Both the position numbers and the translations under genes were made by a program. A stretch of 64,000 nucleotides of DNA, from the NCBI RefSeq assembly GCF_009914755.1, contig NC_060925.1. One strand, given 5' to 3'. Numbering within the stretch: position 1 is the stretch's first letter; every line of letters starts with the position of its first letter. Origin of the DNA: the human T2T-CHM13v2.0 reference genome, Homo sapiens. Shown piece by piece: positions 13,368 to 28,596 of this stretch. The notes beneath the pieces were generated by a model. The model saw only the letters and a list, made by a program, of their open reading frames with translations. It made no database searches and was not told the origin of the DNA.

Positions 13368-14399
13368 CTGTTGGGCCAAGAAGAAATGGTGAGAAGGGAA
13401 GCTCTCAGCTGAGCTGTCAGCATGGCTTACTCACAGCTGGGCCCCTCAACACACATCACATGGTGTGTGCCTCTCCCGGCTCCAAGTCAATGATGCAGAG
13501 CTATCCACCCTTAGGAGCATCTCACCTATAATAAAACCACATTCCCACACTATTCAATTCCTCTTCTGCCAGCAATGACTGCGTCTAGAAATGAGAAAGG
13601 CGGTTTGTGGCTTTTTTCCTGGCTGCCGTGCAGCCACACACATCATCTATGCTGGTACCTGCTAATACAGCCGTATGGTTATTAAAATGTTCCAACTACC
13701 AATGCGTAAGAAGCAGCTGTTCCAAGACCCCCAATACACAGCTAAAAAAAATTAACACCTGGCACAGCAGAGGCCTCCAGGACTTGTAGGTTAAATATTT
13801 TAAATATATTTCTGGAGATAACAAGTACTATCTCCGGTAATTAGAAATCTAAAGTCCAGAGACATTAAACACCTTGTTCACAGTTACTCAGCAGGACCAA
13901 GACTGGGCCTCTGGTCCTCACATCCACTCCCAGGGACCGTAGAAATAAGACCCTCTAAGCAAATGTTCGTCATTTTTAGGGATGATGGAAATGTCCATTA
14001 TCTTGTTTGTGGTGACTATTTCACACATGGGCCAAAACTCATCAAAATGTATGCTTTGTATACATGCAGTTCATTATGCATCAACACCTCAATAAACTTG
14101 TAGAAAAAATCATACTAAATAGAAAGAGAAAAGCTTCCTTTTGTCTGATACTTTATTCTTCAAGAAAGTGTTTGGTTAAATGCAGCATAACCAGTCTTAG
14201 TGACCAAAAGAACTAGGCCATGTCTGTGTTCAACATATGGGAGTTGGTGGATTCTAAGGTTTCTCTCTCTTTCTCTGTCTGTAGTTCCTCCTTATTACAA
14301 ACTTTGTATGAGATTTATCTTCCTGAAAACTTCAATGTCTCCTTAATGCCTTTCAGGCACACCATGTGCCTAGCACTGGCTTGCCCCAGTCCCTCCATA

Positions 14400-14880
14400 G
14401 TCACATTGCCCACAGAGCAGACGCCAGAGGTGGCTCACAGAGCCACCCAGAGTCCTCTGAGCACCTGAAATGGACTTGTGTTTGGAGGAACACAGTGATT
14501 TCATTTTCATTAATTTGACTTTAAAAACTGATACTCTGATTCATTTTTTAAGTGTTTAGAATAACTTGGGTATATGAATCTATGTTTTCAACTTTACATT
14601 TTACGAAATATAAACAGCAAGTACTCAGGATAAAATTTAGCATCTGATTTGAGATATGCTGTCAGTGTGAAATGTACTCCAAATTTCAAAGACATAATAC
14701 AAAAAATAATGTAAACTATCTCATTAATAATCATTTAACATTTTTTAGATGTTGAGATGATAGTATTTTGGAGATATAAAGTTAAAATATATTACTAAAA
14801 ATAATTTCACCTGTTTCTTTTTACTCCTTTTAATATGGCTACTGGAAAATCCAGATAAAATCTTTCTATTGGACAGCCCC
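14400..14880. mobile_element. hAT-Charlie DNA transposon (Charlie1/MER33-like)
   Basis: End ttcacctgtttctttttactccttttaatatggctactggaaaat...ctattggacagc. Confidence 0.75.
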
Positions 14881-16817
14881 CTGTAGAGGAACCTGGCCTG
14901 CCACAGCTCTCTGCATGTTGTCTATCTACCCCCAGCTGGCTGATCTGCTCCAGCCCCGCCTCCTGGCAATCGTATCTCCCAGTCTGACCCACATCTCAAC
15001 TTAAATCTTGCCTTCTCCATAAGATTTGCTGACTGTGCTGCACAGTGCAAAGGATGGCAAGCCATGGTACAATTTAAAAAAGGTGTGTGCTCTGCACAGA
15101 TGCCCCGACAGAGAATGGCTGAACTTCAGTGGTCCCTCACCACTGCAGGAAGGCACCTTTCTGACACAAGCCATGCAAGTGCATGCAGTAGCCCCATTCT
15201 TGGCTATGGGGGCCTTGTCTATTTACAACCAGGATGGATCAGTATGATCCAATATTCATGGTTTTGGTTCTGGCTAGTTGATGGATATTGCTGTTAGGCA
15301 TGTGATATACAAATTCTGTCTTTCCAGCTAATTAGCAAACTTCTAGGACAGAACTGATCGAACCTTTAACTAATATGCATATGTGGAATCAAGAGCATTG
15401 AACATGGGTGATAAATAAGCTTTAATAGATTAAAAATACTTCATTTATATAAGCTGAACAGATATTTTAAACTATAGTTATATTAATATAATCAGGAATC
15501 AGAGTTACAAATCACTTTTTTATTGAGTCTGAGAGAAGTGAAAAGCACAATTAGTAAAAGCTGTCACAATTCAGGGAAAACCTGAGTGTCCATCATGTGA
15601 AAGTCAGGTGTGGCTTTTAGTTACCATAGTTGCTCTCTTAAACTGGCATCACAGCTCCCTAAAAGGTCACAGGCTAGACAGCTTTCCCATGTGCTCAAGC
15701 GATTACTCAGGTACTTAAGACTCTTTAGCCTAAAATATATGATTTAAGTCGGCTATGCCTAAGGTTCCCACCAACTGCACAGTGCAAGGCGTACTCTTAA
15801 CTTGACCAAAGTCAGCCTGCGAAGCTAATTGGTGCAGTTCGGCAAGGACACGGGAAGACTAGATAAGTCTCAACTCTAGAATTCAATTTACCATGCTGGC
15901 AAACCAGTCAGCATCCCAAGCCAGTGCCTCTCCCTAGACATTCCAGAGTCAACATAAAACAACAACAACAACACTTCCTAATATTTGCCCTTTGAGAAAT
16001 CTATTAGAACAAGGGATCACTCTGTTAAAAAGCAGAACTCCACTGTCAGCATGGTATAGTAAAAGTTTCAGCCTTTTCAGAAAATCATCACAACAGAACA
16101 AGGAGAACAAGAAACAGAAACAACCTCAACTGCCAACTGAATTTGGAGATCCCTGAAACTCTAATACACAGTATGTAAGTTGGAGGTGAATGGAAGAAAG
16201 GTTATGGCTCAGCAGAGCAGAGGAAGGTGTGCTGAGGGAAAAATCAGTAGGAAGGAAGACCACTGTCTTTGCAGAATGCCAAAATGGTGCAGGGACGGTA
16301 AGCACCAAGCACTGCAAAAGGCCAAGTGACAAGGGAGATTTAGGCATAAAAGTTACTTAGAAAGGAGGAACAGTAGTTCGGCCCTGGGCCCTGAGGTCCA
16401 CACAGCGCCTGGCCTAGTCAGGCAGTAACCTATCCCCTACCACTGCGGGACAACAGCAGTGGTTTTTAGAGAACAGAAAAGATGCAGAGTCAAGGGCGTG
16501 AGGTGCAGAGGAGAACAGGGATGAAAATGACAAGCCTAAGGCAGAGATGAGACCCAGGGTCACTTCTCCTTCCTCTAAACTTGGCCTCAGAATGCTCACC
16601 ACCCCACAGAGATCAAAGAAGATGGTTCTCTAGAGAAAAGACAAGCAGATGTAAACCATCCAATCACTCTGCAGTGAAGCTCATGGAACAACTAGATCGC
16701 TGAAGAAGAGGTGGAACTTATGAGAGTTAAAATTAAACATTAAAAAATCCAGTAAGACAGTTGTAAGGTAAACTGAGAAATTCTCTCAGTTATGAGAGAT
16801 AAAAACTTAAGAAAACT

Positions 16818-17166
<349 letters not shown>

Positions 17167-19605
17167 CTATCACAAAAGAGAAGAGGGAAAAAAAAGGGGG
17201 AGAAAATTATTAAGAAATAGTATATGAACATTTCTAGAACTAAGATATGTAAAACTGGATTAAAAGGTCCAGAGAGTACCGAGCCCAATGAATAAAAAAT
17301 GGTCCACGTGAAAACACATCACTGAGGAATTCAGACTCCTGGGTTAAGGAAGTAAGCCTACGGTTCTGGGGACAGGGTGGGTGGGAGCCTAAGGGTCTAA
17401 GGACCTGGGCGTGGAATAGTTCCATTCTTCTCAACAACAATACTAGAAGGTACAAAATATAACAAAGGAAATCCTTGTAAAATTCTGGGTGAAAGTGATT
17501 TCTAACTTGTCACATCCATAGTACTTGGAGCTTGGGACAGAGAAAGAGAAAAAATAAAAAACAACATCCTAACTTTTGGCTTGGGAAACCAAATTCATGG
17601 TAGCGTTAATAGAGTAGAGTGGACTGAATACACCCTCCTAAAGAAATCTTAACACCTGCTTATAGAACATGAGGTAGTGATTTCTCTGTGCATCAGTAAT
17701 GGTTAGTTCTTATCCTTTATTTTAACTCTGTTTCCCTTCCTGAAAGTAAAATTCACCTCTCTTATTTAGTTTAAGTTACTCTGGATTTACTGAGTTTAAC
17801 AGTTACATTATTGGTCAAACTGAGTAAATGCAAATTACATTGGGTTGCATCATTTTCTTATAAAATGCCAAGGCTCTATAAGTTTTGTTCATGGATTTAT
17901 ATTGCTTCCAAGTGTTTTCTGTTTATTAAGATACCACATCCCTAGGGCTACTGATTCATCCCCATAGCCAAAGACCTAATCAGAAATCAAGGGTCAGATA
18001 TGACAGTAGATAATAAAACATGAAGAAAACCTACTTTTGTCTTCCACTCAAATCGATGCTCTAAGCGTCACTGGATGTTCAGGTGAACACCAGGCTTTGG
18101 TGTCTCACAGGTTCCAGCTGCCTGAGTAGTGCACATCAGGAACTGTAACTGACTACCATTGAAGTTACAGATCCTGGAGTTATATGTTGAATGAAAGGAA
18201 CGTGAACCTTGAATCTTGTGAACCCAAAGACATCTTTGCATTTCCAGTGCTTGTTTGGCCTTCAAGTTTGTTTGGTATGGTTTTTAAGAGGAAAAAAGAA
18301 AGAGAAGACAGATGGCTGAGTAGTGTGGCCTACTTAATTCATGCCCATAGACTGTAGTCTTTATAAGACACTATAATTTAGCTTGAGGCTTGGAAAGAAA
18401 CATGTAATATAAATGCATAATCATGACTCATATTTTGAGAGAATGCTGGCAAAAATCTGTGCAATCCATTAAGTTGAAGAGAGAATCTGGGTGGAATTAT
18501 TTTATCTCCAACCTTGTGCAGAAAGTCATATAGGAAAGGTCTTTTAAAATACTAAGAACTGGCATTCTTTTGCCCTAATAAAAATTAGCTATTCTCAAAA
18601 GAATGGTTTTATTTTAAAATCAAACTAATTTTGTTATTATGTGACACTTTTACAGCAACTACTCTTGTGAACTAGATTTTGCTTTGTTTACTTCTATGAC
18701 TAAGGTGCCAAATTAGTACTACTGATATAAGCGATCATCAAACCTAGTCAAACTCAGTTCCGTTCCATATATATGAGAAATTCCTTAAAGGATGCATACA
18801 GAAAATTCAACCAATGTTTAGGGAAATGGGAAAAGGCATAAAAGAAGAATGACAAATGAGCCTGGAGAAGTCCTCATGCTGCAGTGCCCATCAGAAATGG
18901 ATCTGCGTCCCCCTTGGCACGCATCCTCTCTCCCACTTGGGGGGTTTTAGCAGAGGACACCAGGCAAGACACCCCAGCTCATGTGGAGTGTCAAACTGGG
19001 GGCTGCTGTGGATGGGGCACATGGCAAATATTTCGATGAGTTAAATAAAGGCTAACTGAAACCCGAACAGACCAAATGCCCAAAAACCTAGCACAAAAAG
19101 ACATTTCTAAAAAAACAAGCTGCTCAACCCGTGTGTAACTGCAACATTTTTAAAGAAAAGACTTTTGCTTTCCTGCTACAGTAGAAAAATTCAGACCTCA
19201 TTGATACACATGCTTGGCTTCCTCTCGATATACCAAATCAAGTCAATGGATGGAAACTGCATTTCTAGCTTCTGGCACATTCTTTACAGTTTGCTTGCCA
19301 ACAGGAGATACTAAAAAACCTCAAGATAAGGCTGTGGGATCACTTTTATGTAGGCATATTGATTTCCTCTTTGCTCCATAACAAATGTACACATCATCAA
19401 CTTATGCTCCTAATTACCATGCTACATAGGGATCAATACAAAGTCAGCTCCAGGTTAAAAATAAGTGCAATTTTTCACATTTCTTGTCTAGCCAATAATT
19501 TTCTGAGTCTATTCTCTCTTCTCTCTCAAAAGCATACACTGGAAGGCAAAACATTCTGTAGACCAAGAAGGTCACTGAAAATGTGTTAGTTAAAAATGTG
19601 GCATT

Positions 19606-20154
<549 letters not shown>

Positions 20155-20220
20155 TTACAGCTGCCACCACTTCCTGGCTTCCTGAACATGATCAGCAAAG
20201 AGGGGGTGTCCTATCTTGCT

Positions 20221-20384
20221 CACAGTTAACAGACACCACGGTCACTGCCAAGTACTGTAGTGTATGCACTCCACAACTTCAGAGGCACCCAGGAAGGCCC
20301 CCACAGTTAACAGACACCACGGTCACTGCCAAGTACTGTAGTGTATGCATTCCACAACTTCAGAGGCACCCAGGAAGGCCCCCA
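20221..20384. repeat. 81-bp tandem duplication with one mismatch
   Basis: cacagttaacagacacc...aggaaggcccc at 20221-20301 and 20302-20382. Confidence 0.96.
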
Positions 20385-21439
20385 AGATGGCATCCACCCA
20401 CCCAGGCCCATTCCTTTCCAACAACACCTTGAGTTTCTCGGAAGAACCTTCCATTTACCATCAATAATTTGGACACTGGAAGGTGGAATCCCTGCTGGCC
20501 AGGCTATGGACTTGGTTCTAAATCATGTCTTCAAACTCTGCAGGCTGACCGTCAAGACCATCACTGTTTGAGTCTAGTCAAGCCATATGGTTTTTTCCAT
20601 TTGTTCCCAACAGGAACCCTAGATACCAAACTATCTCCATTAAAGAGAGAGTTTGGGCTCTAGGCTTAAAACCCAGACATGACTATGTGTAGCTTAGAAA
20701 TGTGACAACCTCTTAGACCCTCCTCTTGAAAACAGAATAGTAACAGCAGAGGGTGCATCAAGATTAAGTTACATAAAATATGTAAACTTCCTCAACTGAC
20801 AGCTTCAAAAGAAAGAAGTTCATTACAAATAGACATTATTACTTCTGTTTCCACAAAAAGGGGGAAACCAACATTAAACTGCAAAAGGCACATAAAATTT
20901 TATGAAAGTTCTAGATAACAGATGTTTATAGAGTTCTGGAATTTTAAAGTTTAACTTTCAAATTGAAAAAAATCTTTAAAGCTGTAAAATTCCCTTCATC
21001 TACATTCATCTGTAGAACAATATATATCATTATCCCATTATTTTATTCTTTTCATCTTACATAAAAGTAGGACGCATGACTTTGTATTACGCTACTATGA
21101 AACTAAGAAAGGGGAAGAGTCCTAAGGGAATGATGAGTAGCAAAACAAAACCAAAAAACCTAGAGAACTGAGAAGGTTCAAAGGGAAGAATACATATTCT
21201 TATCAAAAAAAGAGAGGGCAGTTGACCAGTTAGTTGGACCAGGTACCACAGACTGTGCAGTCACAGCTTCATCTAATCCCATGACTGGAACTTGCATTTA
21301 CTGGACTCTGAAATTCCCTATTGGTTTTACCTTACTTGGCTGCATCACAGAGAATCTTTAAGTGAACCCAATAATCTAAGGAAAAGCCTTACAAAGTACT
21401 GCAATGCTATTCTTTAATTCCAATCCACCACCTTAGCAT

Positions 21440-21620
21440 GTGTAGCACTTTATAGTGCTCCACATACATCATCTGACTTTCACAAAAATTTGTGAGGTAC
21501 AAAGAAAATCTCCATTTTTTCAGAAGAAGGGCTAGAGAGGTTGGAAAGATGATACAGCTAATCAGAGATAGGGTTCACAATGGAACTCAGGTCCTCTGAC
21601 TCAAAGTTCAGGGCTCTTCC
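21440..21620 (-). mobile_element. MIR SINE
   Basis: tgtgaggtac...ccattttttcagaagaag...gaactcaggtcctctgactcaaagttcagggctctt. Confidence 0.65.
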
Positions 21621-22829
21621 TAAAACACAAGGCTTTTTTTTTTTTTTTTGAAAACCATCCAAGAACAGTTACTGCAGCCTACACTATGTCATATTTTTCA
21701 GTAGGTGCTAAAAGAATCTTTGGAAACAAAAGCCGATCCTCTAAAACAAATTAAATGTTTTTTTAATATTATGCATTTTGTAAAAGAATCATTTTATAGC
21801 CCTAGGGATTAAAGTAATCACTGATATTTTAATCATTTTAATGTCTGTTATGCTAATAGCTTGCTAATAGCTAAAATACTCCAAATTATCCAACAAGGTG
21901 ACAGGGGTAATTGATGCTCATTCGCTTGAATCACAAACTCTTTCTGGTACATAAAAAAATCAAAGGCTTCCAACCGGGAGATAACCACATAGTATAACTT
22001 ACTGTAAAGGTTAGGGCAGTGGCATACATGAAATAGGCACTAAATGAAATAGTAACTTGCTTTTCAACAAATTCCTTAATTTACAGATAGAAACAGAGAT
22101 ACCCAGAATAGGTAGAAAAAAAGACATATGAACCATAATCACACTTGACCAAGCCCTCTTATAAAGGTCAGCAATTGAAAAGGTATCGTATGAAATAGGA
22201 AGTGAGGCTATCTGGCACTTACTAATTCATCAGCTTCCTTCCATCCTTTTCCTCCCTTACTAGAAGCAGACACAGGGGCAGATGGTATCTTTGTATCCCC
22301 AGTACCTGGCAGAGCACTGGACAGAAGCTCAGCACGTTCTTGTCAAAATCAACTGCTTTGTTTCTTAGAAAGCTTGAGAGCAGGAGTAACACTGCACTGT
22401 AATACTTCAAAATTATACAGAGAAGATTCTCAATAGCTAGCTATCTGACGCCTGATTTTTGACGAATGTATTTCTATGGGGGGAGAATATCCAATGGCTG
22501 TCCACTATGGTAGCCACGGTGTAACCTGTCAAGCATGAGATGGTTACTAGTCTAACACAATGCTCATGCTTTACCACCATCCTCTGCATTCCTCTTATTG
22601 TGATGGTAATATCCCAACATTCAAAATGAAAAAACACGTGGGCACTGAAGTGTAGATTATTACTTGGAAAGGGTGACAGCATTTTCTACACTACCCTGAG
22701 ACATTTATTATTAAGTAGTAAGTTGTTGCTGTAGTTTGAGAAAAATCACTTTTAAATAGCCAAAATATGAATAAGTACTACTGCATTTTAGAAAGCCAGA
22801 AAGACTAAAAGGAGTCCTTGAAAGTCAGA

Positions 22830-22932
22830 TTACATCTGTCCCATCCGTTTTAACAGCCCCAGTGCTCAGCACAGTTCCTGGCACAAGCTAGTTAAGAGTG
22901 AGTGGCTGAATGAATGAATGAATGAGTGAATG
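22830..22932 (+). mobile_element. L2 3' end with (GAAT)n tail
   Basis: cagtgctcagcacagttcctggcaca...tgaatgaatgaatgaatgagtgaatg. Confidence 0.75.
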
Positions 22933-23189
22933 CAAGGCAATCTACCTTAAATTCTATAATCCTATGTTCTTACTTTAGGGAGTGAGAGAACAATCTGAAT
23001 GTTATGTTGGAGAAACTGGCCAGAGGACTCAGAATAGTGATTGTACTTTAGGTTACCTTTGTTCTGTATTGTTTTCACATTTCACATCAAAATTCAATAC
23101 TGGAGCGTCCATAAGACAACACTAGACATAACTAATTTTTATTATCCATACAAATAAGTTGGAACTCGAATATAAAAAGCTCACTTGAG

Positions 23190-23583
23190 ACACACGCAAG
23201 CATATGTTCACTGCAGCACTATAACAACAAAAACGTGGAATCAACCTAGATGTTCAACGGTGGTCTGGATAAGGAAAATGTGGTTGGCCGGGCGCCGTGG
23301 CTCACGCCTGTAATCCCAGCACTTTGGGAGGCTGAGGTGGGAGGATCACGAGGTCAGGAGATTGAGACCATCCTGGCTAACACAGTGAAACCCCGTCTCT
23401 ACTAAAAATACAAAACATTAGCCGGGCGTGGTGGCGGGTGCCTGTAGGCCCAGCTACTCGGAAGGCTGAAGCAGGAGAATGGCATGAACCCGTGAGGCGG
23501 AGCTTGCAGCGAGCCGGAGCTTGCAGTGAGCCGAGATCGCGCCACTGCACTCCAGCCTGGGCAACAGAGCGAGACTCTGTCTC

Positions 23584-23614
<31 letters not shown>

Positions 23615-24055
23615 TTCCATATACACCATGGAATACTATACAGCCATAAAAAGAACGAAACCATGTCTTTTGCAGCAACACAGGTGGAGCTGGAGGCCAT
23701 TATCCTAAGCAAATTAACACGGCAACAGAAAACCAAATGCTGTCATGTTCTTGCTTACAAGCGGGAGCTAAACATTGAGTACACATGGACACGAAGAAAG
23801 GAATAATAGACACTAGGGCTTATTGAGGGTGAAGGGTGACAGAAGGGTGAGGATGGAGAAACTGCCTGCTGGGTAGTATGCTGATTGCCTGGGTGACAAA
23901 ATTATCTGTACACCAAACCCCCACGACACGTAATTTACCCACGTAACACACCTGCACATGTACCCCTTGAACCTAAAAGCTGGGAAGAAAAAAAAGTCTG
24001 CTTTGTAATGAATAATAAATGGGATAAAGCATGGAAAAAATTTTTAAAAAAAGAA
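23190..24055 (+). mobile_element. 5'-truncated primate L1 (L1PA/PB-like), interrupted by an AluY
   Basis: catatgttcactgcagcact, ggaatactatacagccataaaaagaac, cacatgtaccccttgaaccta; TSD-like gctcacttgag on both sides. Confidence 0.9.
23286..23607 (+). mobile_element. AluY nested in L1, with an internal 17-bp duplication
   Basis: Full dimer; cggagcttgcag(c/t)gagc present twice at 23498-23531. Confidence 0.95.
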
Positions 24056-24944
24056 GGCTCACTTGAGTCCAGATTTCAGCCCACCATTTATTTTATATAT
24101 GTATGTGTGTAGATATACATCTAAAAATAAAAACTGTTAAACTGACAAAATTGAGTTTTCCTTCTATTTCCATATTCTCCTCTCTGCATACTTCAGTGAG
24201 TTGAATGACCAGGCAACAGACAGCAAAACAGGAGATGAGAACATAAAGTTTTAATTTTTATAGAATGATGAGAGAATAATAATTTAGACTCATGATAACA
24301 TGAGAAAATTTCCACTGTTTTGCATTATATAGAAAAATGCCTTGGATAGTATGTCAACAAAGTATGAAAAAAATCACAAAAAAACAGATGCACTGCAGCA
24401 AGGAATTTCATTTCCATTTTTATTGGACATATTTACTAAATTCACTCACATTATATAACAACTCATGCATAATTCTGATGAGTTGTTACTTCCTTTATAT
24501 CCGCCTTTTAGGTTGATATGCTTTCCTTCAAATGACACTGATAGAATGTCAGTCACCTTTGAAGGCCAGAGGCCAGGGCCATACCGGTGGCTGTAAATTA
24601 TCCCTTGCAAAAACAAGACAGATCTTAATTAAGCATTTCTGGCCCCAGCAACTCTTCATCTTTGCCACAGAGACTGTCTGCTTGAGAAACACCCTGGTTC
24701 CCCTTTCAAACCTCATTTCCATTTGAAGAGTACTATTCCCAAACTGCTTCTTGCCACTCATTCCCAATGTATATGAATTCACTCCAGGATCCAATCCCAG
24801 CACGAGATCAGTTAATAAGTGTCCCTCAAGGGGGATTCTCCCTGCTCAGTGTTCCCTGCAACTCCACAAGGAAAACTAAAAATGGCTCTGACTTCCCTTC
24901 ACGCTGAGGGACAAGCTAGACTGTCACCTCCCTTAGGCTGGCAA

Positions 24945-25046
24945 ATGGGACTTCAAAACACAGGTGGCTTTAGGTTGAACATAAATACTTTTATGGGAAT
25001 TCAAAACACAGGTGGCTTTGGATTCAACAGATTAATAAATACTTTT
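24945..25046. repeat. Diverged tandem duplication of about 48-54 bp
   Basis: atggga(c/a)ttcaaaacacaggtggcttt...ataaatactttt present twice. Confidence 0.85.
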
Positions 25047-27050
25047 CCTACTAAAGACTGCATTTATTCCAGCAGCTTCTGAGTCAAAACCAAACACCTT
25101 TTGACCTGAGGACAAGAAAAACTGTCTATTAAATGACAGGCCACTCATGCTGCCCACAGGAGGAGCTGGGCTCCCATGTCAAATGATTTTCTAAAACGGG
25201 AGTTGATAAATGGCAAAAATGAACTGAAGCATTTTTCACAACATTTATGAGACTAAAATATCTCATAATTCCTTAATTTGGCCATTTTTGTAGTCTTCAT
25301 AGTGTTTATGTTAAAAACTACTGTAAAAATGTATATGTATATATACACACATACACACAGAAACACACACATGCATATACATGTCCATTTAAATAATATT
25401 TCTCCTCCCTCACAAGCACGAAGAGTCCATCTGAGAAAGTTGGAGGTCATTTTCCATGCTGCAAGTCAAATGTATAGCTTTAGCTTGAGGCACATCCTGT
25501 TATGTGTTGCTATATGGTTAACAGTACTAAAGGATGTTTGATTTAAAGGGTTTGTATTTTAAATTTTAAAAGGAGTGAAGTGCTACCCATTTCCCCTTAG
25601 CCCCTCCTCTACAGTTTCTTAACAAATCTAATAATGCAGAAGGCTAAACATGCTGAGCGCGAGGGTGAAACTGAAAATGACATTTCATACTTACACTTGC
25701 GGTCTAAAGCAAAGGGCTGGTATTGCAAGGGTGGTATCTGGTTATGAGAGGTTGTCTCACAACACCAAATACTTTTATCAGGGCACCCAGACAGTTGCAG
25801 GCAGAAAACAAATCAAAACTAACAAAAATATGGATTTAAAAATTTACAAATTCAGATTCCTAGAAAATTGGAAAACTGAATTGAAAGAGTTTTAAATGAT
25901 ACAGGCTAGGCTTAAAGCCTTCATGACCTGCAGAAATGTGGGTGATGGGTGTGCCAATTTTGGAACGTTGCTACTAGGCAAATAGCTAATTCTAATCCTT
26001 CTGGCTAAGGTTAAAAGACAGTTATTACAGATTAATTGGGAAAAAAAACCCTGTATGTTTAGGGAATGACATTAATGAGACTCCTAGGAGGCAAGGGCAA
26101 AATCTTTAAATAAATATCTTGCCTAGCTCCATTAAGAGAATTTGCATTTAAAACAAAGAATTAATTATGTGTAGACCAAGGCAGATAACTGATTCCTTAG
26201 AGGAAAAACATGTCCTTGGATAAAAAGATAACAGCTGCTGGAACTTTTAAATTGTAGTTTTTGTTTGTTTTAGCTGAAAAACAATTCAATATTTCGTAGA
26301 AAATTCTATCCTCCTAAATTGTATTTCTAAATACCAAATATCACGACAACTTTACCATTTTTATTAAACAGATCTCTTGAAAGCTTTAAAAATTTCTTAC
26401 TAACAGTAAACCAAAACTAAAAATAGGCAAGAAATGTTATTTTTTAACCCAAAGGAAGCGCAAGGTAACATTTTTGTCCAATTCTATAGTAATCGGCTGC
26501 TAGGACAGATAAAAGACTTGATACAAAGGCAGATAAAAGACTGATTCTTATCTTAATAATTAAAAACCTGTATTTCTACTAAGGAAGACAGAAATCTTAC
26601 TGTATGAAAAAATTTCTAACAAATGCTGGAAAATGTACTATAAAAGAATTTTACATATACAGTACTTTAGCTTTTAAGGCCTAAAGGATTTGCCTTTTGT
26701 TATTTCCAAGACTCATTTTTAATAAATTAATTTTTTATTTTCTTTGGACTCATAGCAGTACATGTGATTCATGGGACTCTGGAAAAGCAGACAGATTCAA
26801 CTAGGCAGAATCAGGCAAGGCAATAAGAAACATCTTAACACGGGACTGATACTCTACAGAGAAAACTTAGTTTCTTAAATCCTTATTTTATAAACACACT
26901 GGGCAAATACAGGAAACAAGGCCACAGAAAGTGAGGCTGGAGGCAAATGCTAAGATAACTAATAGAGAAAGATTTTTGCAAGATTTTGCACATTAACCAT
27001 AGAGGAAGACAGTGTAAGTGGCTTTTTTTCCTAAAAGGAGATCATGGTTT

Positions 27051-27240
27051 AGCTGATCTATCCAATATGGCAGCCACTAGCAACACGTGGCCAATTAAAT
27101 GTAAATTAATTAAAAGGAAAAATTCGTTTCCTAAGTTGCACTACGGTTCATGTACGTAATAGCCACATGTGGTTTGTGGCTACTGCTCTGAACGGTACAG
27201 ACACAGATCACTGTAGAAAGTGCTAATGGAGAGTGCTGGC
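27051..27240. mobile_element. MER3-like hAT-Charlie MITE
   Basis: tccaatatggcagccactagc...agccacatgtggtttgtggctac. Confidence 0.75.
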
Positions 27241-27385
27241 TTAAAGGATGAAGAAAGGAAACAGAGAAAGGAGAGAGCATGACCTAGGTTAGTAAGTCCA
27301 GAAAGTAGACCCAACAATCCTACTATCTTTGGATAATCAGAATTTATTTTTTCATATGAAAGAAATTAAAATGAATATGCTCAAG

Positions 27386-27688
27386 TTTTATTTATTATTA
27401 TTATTTGAGATGCAGTCTCACTCTGCCACCCATGCTGGCGTACAGAGGCACGATCTCAGCTCAGTGCAGCCTCGACCTCCCAGGCTCAAGGGATCCTCCT
27501 ACCTTCCCCTTCTGAGTAGCTGGGACTACAGGTGCACACTACTGCACCTGGCTAATTTTTGTATTTTTTGAAGAGATGGGGTTTTGCCATGTTGTCCAGG
27601 CTGTTCTCAAACTCCTGGGCTCAAGCGATCTGCCCACCTCGACCTCCCAAAGTGCTGGGATTACAGGTGTGAGCCATAGCGCCCAGCC
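27386..27688 (-). mobile_element. AluJ (sense to gene)
   Basis: Diverged dimer with cctgggctcaagcgatc; TSD-like aagttttattt. Confidence 0.93.
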
Positions 27689-27719
27689 CCTAAAGTTTTA
27701 TTTTTCTAAATTAAATGTG

Positions 27720-27930
27720 TGGGGCAATTATGCTAGAAGGTTCTAAGTGCTTTACATATGTTACTTTATTTCATCTTCATTGAAATCATAGGAGGTAGGC
27801 AATATAATAATCCCATCTTACAGAGAGTAAGTGAGACTTAGAGAGAGTGTGTGAGTTGCCCCAGGTCACACAGCAAATTCCTGGATTCCAAGCATACTTT
27901 GTCTCTCAAAAGCCAGAGCTCTTAAGGCTG
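27720..27930 (-). mobile_element. MIR SINE
   Basis: ttctaagtgctttacatatg...cccatcttacaga...gccccaggtcacacagc. Confidence 0.75.
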
Positions 27931-28596
27931 CCTGTACAAACTCCATTTGGGAATGAAGATAGAGGGAAGGTGCTCTAGATACTACCACCAGTCATGCATT
28001 AACACAAGTAGTGGGCCACAGCCTCAATAAACGGCTCCTTCTTAATTAGCATTCTTTCTCCTTTTGGCCTAATATTTTATGTTGGGCATGATTATTTTCT
28101 ATTAGTAATGTAATAGTATTGCTTTCTAACCCCGTTCTTATCCCAGCCCTCCACCTATCCGCCTCTGAACCTTCCAAGTCTAGCCGTTCCTTTTCATCTA
28201 TTTCTCCTGACAGTTTATGATAACGCCCTGAACCAGTTCAACATCTCTCAAGCTTCAATTGAGAATGGAGTATTTACCACAGAGAGTACCTGTGCTGTTC
28301 CAACATTCTTTCATACCTACAACTATTGGTCTGTTAAATATTTTTTAAATAATCAATGGCTTCATGTTATGGGAAGAAATTCTAACTGAATAGTTAAGTA
28401 TTTAATGTGCTCAAGGCTGAGCTGTGATACAGAATTATTTCCTCTTAGATATAAGAGGTCCAGGGGAACCAGGCAGGTGCTCTTCCCCTTAGTTCAGAAT
28501 AGCTCAGCTTTAATGTAGTCAATGTTCCATTAAAATGCTTAGCAAATTATTTTTTATCATCTATTACATATTTTAAAGCTCCTTTTCAATTCCTCG

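Noticed and set aside
25660-25700. ISRE-like gaaactgaaa and a good minus-strand donor AGT|gtaagt
   Set aside because: Isolated short motifs like these are expected by chance in 64 kb, and I found no matching acceptor or ORF.
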